DNA of 59,565 nucleotides from Chloroherpeton thalassium (GTDB lineage Bacteria; Bacteroidota; Ignavibacteria; Kapaibacteriales; UBA2268): positions 1 through 59,565 of the forward strand of contig DYLM01000005.1 of assembly GCA_020722095.1 (NCBI GenBank), read 5' to 3'. This document shows positions 18,101 through 28,062 of the stretch, one piece after another. How positions within the stretch are numbered: the first letter of the stretch is position 1; every line of letters starts with the position of its first letter. Made by a program: the position numbers and the translations under genes. The notes under the pieces are model-generated. The model did no database searches. It was not told the DNA's origin and saw only the letters and a program-made list of their open reading frames with translations.

Positions 18101-19957
18101 AAATGTGAATACATCATTTTTGCTTCCAAATGCAGTTGTATATGGAACAATTTCGTAATATACTTTAGAAAAGTTAGCTGCTCCTGCTGCTATCCTCAAT
18201 CTTATATAATACATATGGAATTCAGTAGAAGCACCTATTTTTGCTTTCATTCCGTGATTATCTGGAATATTCCATGATATTACTCCGTCTTGACTAAAAC
18301 CATTAGTTCCATCTACAACTGTTAAAGCCCTAAAACAACTCGGATCTGTTCCTGATGCCAAGGAATATTCCCAAGTTAAATTCTCTGATGAAATTGAATT
18401 TCCAGGAACAGTCAATCCTCTGAATTCCATTGCTCCAAATTTTTGTATTAATCCAAAATATATCGCAACTTCATTTGTTGTTACAGGAACAATTTCATAT
18501 GGAGGCAAAGCATTAGCCAAAACATCTGTTAAAGGATACACCGTTCCTGCTACATAATTATCATCCACCCATATTCTAAATAAACGAGAAAATAATTGTA
18601 CTATTCCCCCATCCCCAACTTTTATTCCTGCTGGACCACGATTGCCAGGAACAATATCATATTTATTTTCAGCAGTCATAAAAATTAAATCTTCAGCATC
18701 ACTCTGTTGATAATCCGCAACTCTAAAGTTGCAAGTTATTGTGCTACCATCAGATGCTGCTAAATTTATTTCTGTTGAATCCGTTGCCACTTCCACCCAA
18801 TCTCCTCCATCCCACTGAAATGTATTTGGTCTTTTATATCTAAGTATTCTTGCTCCCAATCCTGTATCAGAAGATGCCCTTATTATTTCCACACCTGTAA
18901 CGCCACGTAAATCAGAAGAAGGAAATTTATATTGTACACCAACTACTTCTTCATTTGTTGATACTCTATCCCCTTGATCATAACTATAAATTGTAATTCC
19001 AGGAATGTTAGGAAAATTTTGTATCCCATTAACAAATTTATCTGATACTTGAAAAGAATAATCCACATCTAAATCCTTAATCAGGCTATATGCTATCACA
19101 TCTATTCTTCTATTAGCCAATGTCACATTTTTAGGATAAATAATTCCAAAAAAAACATTAATTCTACTATCTATACTCCCTTTCATTTCAAACAATAATT
19201 TAATCATAAATCTATTTTGCATTGATATACAAATTGTATCAGCTGCCTTCAGTATAGTTGTCCAATCTCCTTCTACATCAATGTATCCTGAAGCAGCAGT
19301 GATACCAATAATCTTCGATCGCAAATTTCTTCCATCCCCATTAATGATATTAACATAATACTCTAATAATAAATTAGAATTATATGCTGAAAGATCATCA
19401 GAAGAAACCGTTATTCTTGTATTAGAACCATTTGCTGCTACTGCTATAACAGTTGTCACCAGCATGTCTTTAAAAAACAATTCAGGATTAGATGGTGTTC
19501 CAATCAAATCAAATTCATCTTTATCGCTAATAAAAGATAAATTAATCTGATAAGGCCTTATTGATCCAAAATCTCCATTTTCAAAAGATTTTCTAATATC
19601 ACCAATATCTTTATTCAAATATCTTGTTACAATAAATTTTTTATATATATAATCTTTCCCTGCTACATTAGCTGTAAATACAGTAGAACTTTCTATAAAA
19701 GTAATTGTTGTATTGCAAGTTGATGAATTATAAGAACGAGTATCTATTGTATATTCTGTATTCAATGACTTACAGCTTACAATCACTTTATCTCCAACAG
19801 AAAGAAATTCTGTTGCATTTCCTTTAATGGCAATTGTTCCTGTACCATATGTGACAATTCTTCCTACCCATTGTTTATATATATAACAATGTGCATAATG
19901 AGTAGAGCAAACATCATCTTTCTGATTTAATATAGTTTCATTACTTAAACTAATCAT
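15140..19957 (-). CDS. Large distal tail/baseplate-hub protein (Tal-like)
   Basis: This 1605-aa ORF lies immediately downstream of the tape measure gene with an overlapping start/stop. Confidence 0.5.
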   Translation of the reverse strand: MISLSNETILNQKDDVCSTHYAHCYIYKQWVGRIVTYGTGTIAIKGNATEFLSVGDKVIVSCKSLNTEYTIDTRSYNSSTCNTTITFIESSTVFTANVAGKDYIYKKFIVTRYLNKDIGDIRKSFENGDFGSIRPYQINLSFISDKDEFDLIGTPSNPELFFKDMLVTTVIAVAANGSNTRITVSSDDLSAYNSNLLLEYYVNIINGDGRNLRSKIIGITAASGYIDVEGDWTTILKAADTICISMQNRFMIKLLFEMKGSIDSRINVFFGIIYPKNVTLANRRIDVIAYSLIKDLDVDYSFQVSDKFVNGIQNFPNIPGITIYSYDQGDRVSTNEEVVGVQYKFPSSDLRGVTGVEIIRASSDTGLGARILRYKRPNTFQWDGGDWVEVATDSTEINLAASDGSTITCNFRVADYQQSDAEDLIFMTAENKYDIVPGNRGPAGIKVGDGGIVQLFSRLFRIWVDDNYVAGTVYPLTDVLANALPPYEIVPVTTNEVAIYFGLIQKFGAMEFRGLTVPGNSISSENLTWEYSLASGTDPSCFRALTVVDGTNGFSQDGVISWNIPDNHGMKAKIGASTEFHMYYIRLRIAAGAANFSKVYYEIVPYTTAFGSKNDVFTFKHDWHRLSSKNELSDDIIIKLDTDGATLVPAIWKQCVRVIDVLDQLIDKSGYGVDITRATGLIELSQPTLNVWGKPGFSEERKPTAVCVGSGTCTGYVFACFKNEIICLASIDDEWKKIGEVDFCYTLHSIQYFEVTEDAALRHFILAIGYRDTIPPASIDEASYYEQPEQIMVRIDGVDDLDTSSLSFVITANGGNTISGTYFSAGNGLYDTLHLIRSGAHDYVLNWNGSDVYIHTVGNVKDDAGLSLWWHCTENIYIPFRQLLLIINRYAINGTKDLQFDVAHLYYRTLEEDDVLDTLIPAFVNPGYYNILNDTNTPQSEMALRYSIGQRGGYNKVQFPVGTGTEEYGIYGYIPYDIGGTWLDAVRVGVCQAIFHGDTAITESVGNSGSGMRPQGSWGSQDIGFAARTLLLDALQLTPNVNESDYIIQSVYDDWYQNYVFADKRIIPCNKSIELTTLRETVGSSFLPTDSEIWFWDNSASTWTSVNKNWSVPVTLDQNDILLFADKRRFARLFIDYEILSTTIDLTDSDFSVGDLFGDGYEFSSSITEGLYEEWYPEYLNDVLTGGGVGSGTTILDYPMMKFWLRNNYNPGGGPNITGKYIFRLKQTGTGSLRINLAKFTRRQLWSNMGIDVENSYGWTFHAESGTYGLNYDYVPLELCWDQGDYIYGCLLDQVNRDYSIFAHGIVSQYTTGDLPELTAMSIEQITDPEMQLVGFVYNPDDGYVYFVATDRKYQRKTAQLWKAKYSGTAWTITKLTDIVAGEWDCPVKLIYVDGKICGFTGPHKNYFWEWSDSFYLRLPVANFGNKKIREIADKMCEIMNLTMVIDEQAKTITRKRMEDDPETNINWDKKVIVNIEFIRESDAQVDGVSVNWQLGEYSGVETVGENTLSSEILTINNEYVFFPQVARIIAEQLWRFFVQKRREIEGTIIFMYQHQLFDVATINLADVPMRTLYNVESTTQWLLKNMTVSFKRKNIRFVVLENKG

Positions 19958-22900
19958 TATTCACCTCTACTTTGAATAATGGATTCCATAGTTTTTCTTA
20001 ATCTCTTTTCAACTGGTTGAATAACTCGCTCTACAAACTCTTGCTGTGCATCTGATCCTGCTGGATATATAACAGCACCTTCTGTGTTAACATTCATTCT
20101 AAAATCAATAGAAATTTTTTGTTCTGGAGATTTTTTTGTTATGCCTGTATTTGCTGATTTTTTCAAAGAAGAAATAAAAATACTATCTTGTTCTACTAAT
20201 TCAGCAAGATATTGACTCCAATTCTTTCTTCGTATTAATGCATTGTTAATAAAAGATGGAACAATATCTTCTCCTTCGTGAACAATTGCCAATCCTGATC
20301 TTTTAACAGATGCTCCTACTGCTCCACCTAAAGGCATTAAATTGTTTTCTGTTCTTCTTGTAACAATTTTGGCAGTCCCCCCTTTCTTTTTCCTTTCTCC
20401 TCCATCTGCTGCCGTTGCTTCTACTCTTTCATATCCATATGCTTCTGCTGCTCCAACTGCCGCAATTCCAGCTGCAATCCCTGCTACTTTCCACCATTGA
20501 TGAGCAGCTACTGCTTTCAACATTTGTAACTCTAACCAAGTTCGAGCTTCATCTGCTGCCAATTTAATCATTGCTTTAGAGGCTTCTCTCCATGCTCCTG
20601 TAGCCCCTTTGGCAGTATTAAAAATGGCTACTCCTACTTGATTCATGTTATTACTAATAATTTTAGAAACAGAAGTTGACCATTCTCTTGCTCTATCAAT
20701 TTTCCGTTTTGCCATAATTTTATCTACATTGTCAAGTTCTTCCAATATTCTTCTTTGAGAATCAGCATCTCCTTTAACAAGCAATAATTGTTCTTCCAGA
20801 TTTGTTCTATAATTTTCCAAAGCTTCATCATACAATGATGTCTTCCTGTCTATATTATCCAACTCCAATTGCGCTTGAGCCATAAAGAATTCACTATCAA
20901 TTCCTGCTTTTTTAGCATTATGTTCTACTTCTAAAGCATCTAATGCTGTTTGATATGCTTCATTTATAGCCAACAATCTTTCTGCTTGTCCTCTTGACGA
21001 ATTCAAACTATCTGTGTGCCATTTGTCTAAGTTCTTTTTTCTCTCTTCATAAGCAGAATCTTCTTCTGACAGTTCCATTTCTCTCAAAGAAGTATAAGAA
21101 GCAGCCAGTATAGCATTGCTTTCCACATTTTTAGCTGCTATATCAGCATCAATAGCAGCATTTTTAGCAGCATGTTCTTCTTTCAAAACAATCATTCGAT
21201 TATTATGTTCTTTCATTGCATTATTCATCATTTCTGTGAAAACAGTATAAACATCATATTCTCTTAATTTCCCTTCTTTTACTAATTTCAATTGTTCAGA
21301 AAGAAATTCTCTAACATTCCCCAGACTTCTTTGATAACGAGCATTTTCTTCTGCTATTTCTTTATCCATTCCATCAATCATAGCAGATGTTCTTGAATCC
21401 ATAAGCTGTAAATATAAATCTCTATTTGCTTTATTAACTTCCATTTGATGTTCCAAACGAAATTGCCCTATTTGAATTTCATATTTCTTTTCAATTTCAG
21501 CAGTACTTTCCCCTAATGCTATGGCATTTTCAATTGCTCTCCGCTTTTTTTCCTCTAATTCCATTAATCCAATTTTAAGAACATCTCTTTCTCCCTGCAG
21601 AGATAATGCTTTATTAAAATTCCACAAATCTTGAGAATTTTTTCTGGCCACTTCTGCCTTTTTTACTTCATAAGCTGCATCAACTGCTGCTGTGTCTGCT
21701 CCAAGTTCTTTAGCTCTGAACAAAGCTTCTGCATACCATTTTTTAGCTTGAATTTCCCTTTCTCTCATTCTATTCACAGTTCCAGCAATTTCCATATCAT
21801 AAAGAAAAGATTCAAGTTGCTGAGCACGTCTTTTTTCTTCTATTATAAATTCATCACTACCTTTTTCTCTAACATCTTTCTCTCTTGTTTTCCCTATTTC
21901 TTTTTGCTGTCTCCTCAAAGCAGCTATTTGTTCCTCTTTATCTGCTATATCAGTGACAACTTTCACCGTCTCAGATAATATTCGATGAACAACTCTTTCT
22001 CCTGCTATAGAACCTTCAATTGCTTTTAATTTTGATTTTTCTTCTTCTGTCATATCATACATTGGATCTTTAGATTTATTTAATAAATCATAATATTCAA
22101 TTTGGTTGTTAATAATTCTATCTCCTAAATTTGTATACATATTCATCAATTTATTTCTTCCTTCTTCTGATTGAGCCAAATTTTCTGTATAAGTTTTAAG
22201 AGTAGACATATTAACCAATGCTCTGTTGGAAAATCCAGTATAATATAACATATCTGATTTTACAACATTAAATAATTCTGCATTGACTCCTATTAAGTCT
22301 TTTTTGAATTGTTCTGTAGATTCTTTCGATAATTTGACCCCTTGCCGTTTAATATCACTAAATTGAGTTCGGAAAATTTCTGCCAAATTCAAACCAGTTA
22401 ATTCTTTTTTCAAATCAGCCACTTCTTTCTGTAATCCAAGAACTTTCTCGTAATATTGTAACGATGCCAATCTTTCCTTACTTTTTCTTACTTCATCCAA
22501 TGCTTTGGATGCTTCTTCTGAAACTTCTACAATTTTATCCATTTGAGATTCTAAAGATTGATTCTTATTTATTAATCCAGGATATAATTCATTAAGTTGA
22601 TTAATAGAACGCTGCAATTTATTATATTGAACAACATTTTCTTTTGTGGCCTTTGACAATTCTCTTACTGTTTCTGTCAGATAAATAGTTTTTTGTAATT
22701 CGTTGTCTCTTCTATCCAGCAAATTAGAATATTCTGATAACATTTCTTTCCTTGCTCGATTCTCTGCTCCATATGCAGACACAAGGTATAATATTCCAGC
22801 AGTTAATGCTCCTAATATCATTGTAACCCAAGCAACAGCACCTCCAAAAATAGTAAAAAATGCAGAAGCAGTTTTAAACATCGTTATCAATTTAGGAAGC

Positions 22901-24132
22901 AAACCAATAAGAGCAGCAATTGTTGTAGTAACTAATGCTAATGTTGGAATTAAAGTTGAAACAACAACTACTGTGCTTTTAACTGAATCTGGAAGTGCTA
23001 AGAATGCTAAGGCTACATTTCTAACAGCAGTCATAACCATCATCAATACAGGTGCTAAAGTATCACCAAAAGTAAATCCTACATCCTGTATTGTCCCTGA
23101 CATCAATTTCCAATATCCTTTAAGAGTATTCAGCTGTTGCTGCTGCATAACCATTGCTTTATTAGTATCAGTAATCCTATTTATCATTGATTGAAGACTG
23201 TCTGCTCCAGTTCTAATAAATATCTTCATGGCATTGGCTGCTCTAATATCAAAAATTTCATTCAATGCTTTACCAGCTTTAGCAGATCCTGCTCCGGCTT
23301 CCTCAAACCTTCTCACTATATCAACAAAATTGTTAAATACAGGATTTATTTCTTCCCATTTTAATCCCAATTGATCAAATGCCTTAAACATCTGTGCAGT
23401 TGGAGCTTGTAACCTTGCAAGTGACATTCTTAAACCTGTGCCCGCCATAGATGCTTCTAAGCCAGCATCATAAAGTAATGATAAAGCTCCCACAGTTTCT
23501 TCTATGCTATAATTTAAATTAGCAGCACTTGGCCCAATATAGCGTAAAGATACTGCTAATTTATACATTTCTGCTTGAGAATAAGCAACTGAAGCAGCTA
23601 AAGCATTAGCCACACGATATGCCTCGCTTGCTTGCATACCAAATTGATTAAGAGTAGTTACAACTACAGCAGAGGCTTCAGCCAAATCATATTGTGTACC
23701 TGCAGCCAAAGCTATTATTGGTTGGAGAGAATCGAAGATTTGTGCAGCATTATAACCTGCTGAAGCCAAGAAATACATAGCTTCACCAACCTGAGTAGCA
23801 GTGAATACTGTTTCTCTACCCATCTTTCTGGCATAATTTTCCAAATCTTTCATTTCTTCAGCAGTAGAACCAGTTACTGACGCAGTATTAGCAATAGTCT
23901 GTTGCAGATCAGAATATAATTTAGCTGCCACACCTACCATCCCCAAAGAGGCTGCAGCATATACCCCAATTCCTTTAGCCAAAGTATTTATTCTCTGGCC
24001 CATATCTCCTACATCAGCAGAAAAATTCCGAAGTTCGGAAATGCCCTCCTGAAGACCAATCCTCATTTCTCGAATATCTGCCTTCACTCCAATGACAAGT
24101 TCTGATACTGTATATCTCTGTGCCATGTTCAC
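19957..24132 (-). CDS. Tail tape measure protein
   Basis: The protein is 1391 aa. It has an N-terminal TMP-like region (RKMGRETVFTATQVGEAMYFLASAGY), central TM-like segments and long coiled-coil E/K-rich stretches. It follows the G/GT chaperone genes. Confidence 0.85.
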   Translation of the reverse strand: MNMAQRYTVSELVIGVKADIREMRIGLQEGISELRNFSADVGDMGQRINTLAKGIGVYAAASLGMVGVAAKLYSDLQQTIANTASVTGSTAEEMKDLENYARKMGRETVFTATQVGEAMYFLASAGYNAAQIFDSLQPIIALAAGTQYDLAEASAVVVTTLNQFGMQASEAYRVANALAASVAYSQAEMYKLAVSLRYIGPSAANLNYSIEETVGALSLLYDAGLEASMAGTGLRMSLARLQAPTAQMFKAFDQLGLKWEEINPVFNNFVDIVRRFEEAGAGSAKAGKALNEIFDIRAANAMKIFIRTGADSLQSMINRITDTNKAMVMQQQQLNTLKGYWKLMSGTIQDVGFTFGDTLAPVLMMVMTAVRNVALAFLALPDSVKSTVVVVSTLIPTLALVTTTIAALIGLLPKLITMFKTASAFFTIFGGAVAWVTMILGALTAGILYLVSAYGAENRARKEMLSEYSNLLDRRDNELQKTIYLTETVRELSKATKENVVQYNKLQRSINQLNELYPGLINKNQSLESQMDKIVEVSEEASKALDEVRKSKERLASLQYYEKVLGLQKEVADLKKELTGLNLAEIFRTQFSDIKRQGVKLSKESTEQFKKDLIGVNAELFNVVKSDMLYYTGFSNRALVNMSTLKTYTENLAQSEEGRNKLMNMYTNLGDRIINNQIEYYDLLNKSKDPMYDMTEEEKSKLKAIEGSIAGERVVHRILSETVKVVTDIADKEEQIAALRRQQKEIGKTREKDVREKGSDEFIIEEKRRAQQLESFLYDMEIAGTVNRMREREIQAKKWYAEALFRAKELGADTAAVDAAYEVKKAEVARKNSQDLWNFNKALSLQGERDVLKIGLMELEEKKRRAIENAIALGESTAEIEKKYEIQIGQFRLEHQMEVNKANRDLYLQLMDSRTSAMIDGMDKEIAEENARYQRSLGNVREFLSEQLKLVKEGKLREYDVYTVFTEMMNNAMKEHNNRMIVLKEEHAAKNAAIDADIAAKNVESNAILAASYTSLREMELSEEDSAYEERKKNLDKWHTDSLNSSRGQAERLLAINEAYQTALDALEVEHNAKKAGIDSEFFMAQAQLELDNIDRKTSLYDEALENYRTNLEEQLLLVKGDADSQRRILEELDNVDKIMAKRKIDRAREWSTSVSKIISNNMNQVGVAIFNTAKGATGAWREASKAMIKLAADEARTWLELQMLKAVAAHQWWKVAGIAAGIAAVGAAEAYGYERVEATAADGGERKKKGGTAKIVTRRTENNLMPLGGAVGASVKRSGLAIVHEGEDIVPSFINNALIRRKNWSQYLAELVEQDSIFISSLKKSANTGITKKSPEQKISIDFRMNVNTEGAVIYPAGSDAQQEFVERVIQPVEKRLRKTMESIIQSRGE

Positions 24133-24557
24133 TTCTTTCTTTTAGTTTGAAATTTATGCTTAAACATAGGCAACTTGAACAAGTCTTGGGGCTTTTTTAT
24201 TTTTTCACCTTCAGAAGGTAAATCTTTGCCCATCATGGATTTATTGCCTCCCCCTATCATCTTATCATAATTGAGTTTAGCTTCCAATAAATATCGAATT
24301 TGTTTCAGATTCAAGGAACCAACATATGATAATGTCCATCCATATGTAGAACATAAGACATGAAATACAGTTGTCCAGTTATATTTTTTGCCTTTCACAT
24401 TAATAGATTTATCTTCTTTTTCAATCCTGCTGGAATAATATTTTGCTCTAAGTATCTCATATCTTAACTGCTGTGTTCTATTTAATTTTCTTAATTCTTT
24501 TTCCGATAATTCTTTGAAGCGATTTATTTTGTCTTTACTAAGTCTTTTCTCAAATTT
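24129..24557 (-). CDS. T-frame extension of the tail assembly chaperone (G-T fusion via -1 frameshift)
   Basis: The -1 frame is open by hand translation from the slippery site at 24557 down to 24129. The track shows only its distal part (24129..24398, GTG start). It ends overlapping the tape measure start. Confidence 0.6.
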   Translation of the reverse strand, partial: KFEKRLSKDKINRFKELSEKELRKLNRTQQLRYEILRAKYYSSRIEKEDKSINVKGKKYNWTTVFHVLCSTYGWTLSYVGSLNLKQIRYLLEAKLNYDKMIGGGNKSMMGKDLPSEGEKIKKPQDLFKLPMFKHKFQTKRKK

Positions 24558-24976
24558 TGTTCCTGAGAGATTGACTTCGCCATTTGCACCATTTCCAAAT
24601 TGTTCCTCCGAATTTTCCCCATCCCTGATAAAAAATCATTTAGATCCAAAATAATCTGCAATATTGTTGGGAATGCAGACAGAGGAAATTTCTTTCTTAT
24701 TTCCTCTATTGTAATATCAGGATGATTCTCCTTCAATCCATATAATATTATTTTTGCCATTAAATTTAAAGTAGAATCATTCAACATCTGATCATCAGGA
24801 ATACTTTCAAATTTAGTTAGAAGTTTTTGCAAATCTGATATTTCATTTAAACTTGTTGCACTCACCAAAAATATTTCATTTTTCACTCTAACTTTTTTGG
24901 GAGCACCACACATGACATCAACTTCTTCTTCCATTTTTAGTATCTTTTCTTCTTCTGTGATAGATGGAATATTCAT
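24524..24976 (-). CDS. Tail assembly chaperone (G-like)
   Basis: It sits between the major tail protein and the tape measure. The preferred start is ATG at 24976 (MNIPSITEEE), preceded by GGAGGTAAT. The track start at 25021 lies inside a terminator hairpin. Confidence 0.65.
   Translation of the reverse strand: MNIPSITEEEKILKMEEEVDVMCGAPKKVRVKNEIFLVSATSLNEISDLQKLLTKFESIPDDQMLNDSTLNLMAKIILYGLKENHPDITIEEIRKKFPLSAFPTILQIILDLNDFLSGMGKIRRNNLEMVQMAKSISQEQNLRKDLVKTK
24551..24557 (-). promoter_or_regulatory. Candidate -1 programmed frameshift heptamer A_AAU_UUG
   Basis: In the G frame ...CAA AAT TTG AGA..., this fits X_XXY_YYZ. It lies 9 codons before the G stop. The -1 frame continues KFEKRLSKDKINRF.... 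Confidence 0.5.
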
Positions 24977-24984
24977 ATTACCTC

Positions 24985-25021
24985 CAAAACAAAAATTAGT
25001 GAGGGAGTTAGACTCCCTCAC
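24985..25021 (-). terminator. Rho-independent terminator after the major tail protein gene
   Basis: A 10-bp perfect stem GTGAGGGAGT/ACTCCCTCAC (24999-25021) is followed on the minus strand by TAATTTTTGTTTT. Confidence 0.7.
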
Positions 25022-25035
25022 TGGTTATGGTTAAA

Positions 25036-25503
25036 TTAACTAACTTCTTCCAGATCAATTGTTCCTACATTTCCTGAAGCATCCGCATAAGCAGAAAAAT
25101 CAAAATTAGGAATAATATGACCATCCCTGGCCCAGGCGAAACTCAATTTCGTGCTCCTACACTTATTCAACGTAACAACAAAGGCTTTGTTATCCGTTGT
25201 CATGTGTAATAAGCATTCCCAAGTTCCTGGATAAGAAGTATCAGTTAGAGTTATTCTTGGCCCTGATCTCGTTCCGCCAAGTAGTTTGTGAATGCCTACA
25301 GCATTCAAATTGGCAAATTCTGCATTACCTGTAATAGATGCCGTATGAACTCTAACATCCACAGGATAAATAGCTGAGCTATATAGCAATGCTTGTTCAA
25401 AATTGAAATCAAGCGTAGTCCCTTGCATATATCCAAGAGTTACACTATCAAGCCGCATAATAGCCAATCCAAATTGTACAGACATATCTGCTCCTTTAAT
25501 CAA
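25036..25503 (-). CDS. Major tail (tube) protein
   Basis: This 155-aa beta-rich ORF lies directly upstream of the chaperones and is followed by a strong terminator. That layout is typical for a siphovirus. Confidence 0.6.
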   Translation of the reverse strand: MIKGADMSVQFGLAIMRLDSVTLGYMQGTTLDFNFEQALLYSSAIYPVDVRVHTASITGNAEFANLNAVGIHKLLGGTRSGPRITLTDTSYPGTWECLLHMTTDNKAFVVTLNKCRSTKLSFAWARDGHIIPNFDFSAYADASGNVGTIDLEEVS

Positions 25504-25963
25504 CAGATACTTTGTAAGTTAATTCAAATGTTATGGATGAATAATAAGTTTTCGTGTCTGGATCATCCAAATAAAAACAAGAGATATAATCTACCAATCT
25601 AACTATTACTTTGTTACTACTCAAATTGGCTGGTTTTTCTCTTAATAATCGAATGATTCTGTTAGAGCACCACTTACAAAGAGTTTGAAAATTTGTTGTT
25701 CGTGCTCTTTCATACCATACTTTAATATTTAACATCCCCTTTTCCGATGGTAAATTGCCTTGTCCTGGCCCAGAATTGAAGGACATGGTAATTCGAGGCA
25801 GTGTGTCACCTTGGACCAATGTTTCTGATTGAAAAATTCTGTCTTGAACAAAATGATGAATTGCATAAATTTGATTTCCAGCATCTGGATCAGTATTGTC
25901 TGCAATTAACAAATCTCCAAGATTTTTTAATATTTCTGATGATGGATCATATAATTGCGGCAT
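25496..25963 (-). CDS. Tail terminator/neck protein
   Basis: The call rests on its position between the gp10-like protein and the tube protein. The ORF is 155 aa. Confidence 0.4.
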   Translation of the reverse strand: MPQLYDPSSEILKNLGDLLIADNTDPDAGNQIYAIHHFVQDRIFQSETLVQGDTLPRITMSFNSGPGQGNLPSEKGMLNIKVWYERARTTNFQTLCKWCSNRIIRLLREKPANLSSNKVIVRLVDYISCFYLDDPDTKTYYSSITFELTYKVSVD

Positions 25964-25972
25964 ATACTCTCC

Positions 25973-26488
25973 TTAATAATACAGTCTACTATAATCTTTT
26001 TGAAAAGCTTTGGCTATATTTTGCTCTATCATTGCTCTTTTTCTTCTCAAGGCCTCTCTAAAAAATGGTCTGGATGCCATAAAAAAAGTTCCCTCGTGAA
26101 CATATATAGCATAACGTTTATCAGAAAAAACAATCCCATAAATTACTTCATATGTCATTTTTTCTACATATGATTGTATAGAATTATATAAATTCCCCGT
26201 ATCATAAGCTCTCAAACTTCCAACCAATAAAATATTTTTAGTTTCTGTTACTAATAAATTTATTGATTGTTTAACAGCCATATAAGTAGCAGATTGACCA
26301 TCTTTCATTATTGCTTTAATAATCTTTTCTGTTTTCTTTACTCCATCTAAAGTTAAAGACATTTTAAACATATTCACTTTTGGACCACCTAATCTACCAA
26401 GCTTTGCTAAAGTTCTATATCTGGTAGATGTTCCTGTCATTATTTTATGTCTTGGTGTTGCTCTAACAAATACTCTACCTGCTGGCAT
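25973..26488 (-). CDS. HK97 gp10-family head-tail joining protein
   Basis: The motifs TGNLYNSIQ...YAIYVHEGTFFMASRPFFREAL match the gp10 family signature. Confidence 0.6.
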   Translation of the reverse strand: MPAGRVFVRATPRHKIMTGTSTRYRTLAKLGRLGGPKVNMFKMSLTLDGVKKTEKIIKAIMKDGQSATYMAVKQSINLLVTETKNILLVGSLRAYDTGNLYNSIQSYVEKMTYEVIYGIVFSDKRYAIYVHEGTFFMASRPFFREALRRKRAMIEQNIAKAFQKDYSRLYY

Positions 26489-26853
26489 TATCTCTCCTTT
26501 TTACAAGCATATATCTGTTGGTGCTCATTTAATGATCCACCAGGAGTCCTATCCACAAATTGTACATCGTACCAATCTGAATCAATTATCAGAATATACC
26601 CCATTTTTATTTCAGGATCAGTCAAATTAGCAAAAATAACATGTGTTGAAGAATTCAAATATCCTGCTTCTCCTGTTGACATCTTATGATAAGCCAAATT
26701 CTTTGTGACTCTACAAGGAACAGTAACTAACCAATCAGTATAATTTGTTGGATCCTCTGATGATACATCTTCATAGTAATCATCTGTAGTATTATTAAAA
26801 ACTCTCACAGTAGCAGTTTGAGTCAAGATAGAAGAATCTAAGGGCATATACAC
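26488..26853 (-). CDS. Head closure/head-tail adaptor protein
   Basis: Size (121 aa) and position fit, and its start and stop are coupled to the neighbouring genes. Confidence 0.45.
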   Translation of the reverse strand: MYMPLDSSILTQTATVRVFNNTTDDYYEDVSSEDPTNYTDWLVTVPCRVTKNLAYHKMSTGEAGYLNSSTHVIFANLTDPEIKMGYILIIDSDWYDVQFVDRTPGGSLNEHQQIYACKKER

Positions 26854-26854
26854 C

Positions 26855-27508
26855 TCAACTCAATTGCTGATATTTTGATTTCAAGCTAAACAAGACATTT
26901 TTGATTATTGGATCATAAAATTGATCTATACTATTGAATTGATTTGTGAATCTTCTTTGATAATCGCCCATCTGTTCATAATCCGGTATTCCATTAGAAT
27001 AAAGTAATCTTTTCCAAAAAGAACAAACTTTAGCTGCTAACATATTTGCATATGCTACAATATCGCTTGGAACAGAAGTGAATCCATATGTATAAGCAAC
27101 ATCTACAGTATTAACTCCTTTGGTGAAATAAGTATGCAGAGATACATCATTCCCCAAAGTGGCATCAAAAGACAAAACTATCATTCCTGTTCTCTTATCT
27201 ACTTCAAAATCATCATGCTCCACTAAAATTGTAGGAGTAGCATCCTGAATATTATCTCTCAATCTTTCTATGCTAATCACAGGAAAATTCCTAACTATTA
27301 ATGTTCTGGCATATTCATAATCAATATTGTGTAATTCTGGATTAGAAGTATCAATTGTATGCATTCCAAAATCTCTTCCAAATAAAGCATCTATTCCTAA
27401 AATTTCAACCAGATTCTCTATTGATGCTTTTACAGCAGAGGTTAATTCTGTATCTGTTAATCCTGTAATTCCTTTAACAATTGTCCAATCAATATATTTA
27501 GCTGCCAT
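26855..27508 (-). CDS. Head-tail connector (gp6-like) protein
   Basis: It is the first head-completion gene by position. The ORF is 217 aa. Confidence 0.45.
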   Translation of the reverse strand: MAAKYIDWTIVKGITGLTDTELTSAVKASIENLVEILGIDALFGRDFGMHTIDTSNPELHNIDYEYARTLIVRNFPVISIERLRDNIQDATPTILVEHDDFEVDKRTGMIVLSFDATLGNDVSLHTYFTKGVNTVDVAYTYGFTSVPSDIVAYANMLAAKVCSFWKRLLYSNGIPDYEQMGDYQRRFTNQFNSIDQFYDPIIKNVLFSLKSKYQQLS

Positions 27509-28062
27509 TATGTATTCCTTTCAGAAAGAGAATTCAATGACATATGAAGCAAAGTTCTTGCCTCTCCATTAACAACCATAAAATCACGATAATAAGTTGA
27601 AAACCCAAATCTTCTATATAATCTTACTGCTTCTACATTGTCTTCAAATACTGTCAAAAATATCATATAATTATTTTTATAAACACCCAATTTATCAAAA
27701 AGCAAAGGAATACACAGACTCCCATATCCTTGTCTTTGAAAATTGGGCAATATTTTAAATCCAAGTTCTGCTGTTCTATCATATCTATCATATTTTATAT
27801 CACAGTATCCTATTGAAGTATTGTTGTCAGAAATAATCATTTTATATATGCAAATATCAGTACTATTAGCATATTTTTTACAATACCATTTTATGTGATC
27901 TTTGTAACTGATTTCTTCAGGATGAATCAAATTTTTTCTTATTTCTGGATGATTCCTCACAAAATAAATAAAATCTAAATCTGATTTAAAATTCTCTCCA
28001 GATTTTGCTGCTTCAACTAATACTAAACCCATATTGTACTCACAATATATCATTAACAGCAT
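27508..28062 (-). CDS. GNAT-family N-acetyltransferase
   Basis: The acetyl-CoA motif is FQRQGYGS, with ...AVRLYRRFGF downstream. The start is uncertain (28062, or the internal ATG at 28032). Confidence 0.7.
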   Translation of the reverse strand: MLLMIYCEYNMGLVLVEAAKSGENFKSDLDFIYFVRNHPEIRKNLIHPEEISYKDHIKWYCKKYANSTDICIYKMIISDNNTSIGYCDIKYDRYDRTAELGFKILPNFQRQGYGSLCIPLLFDKLGVYKNNYMIFLTVFEDNVEAVRLYRRFGFSTYYRDFMVVNGEARTLLHMSLNSLSERNT

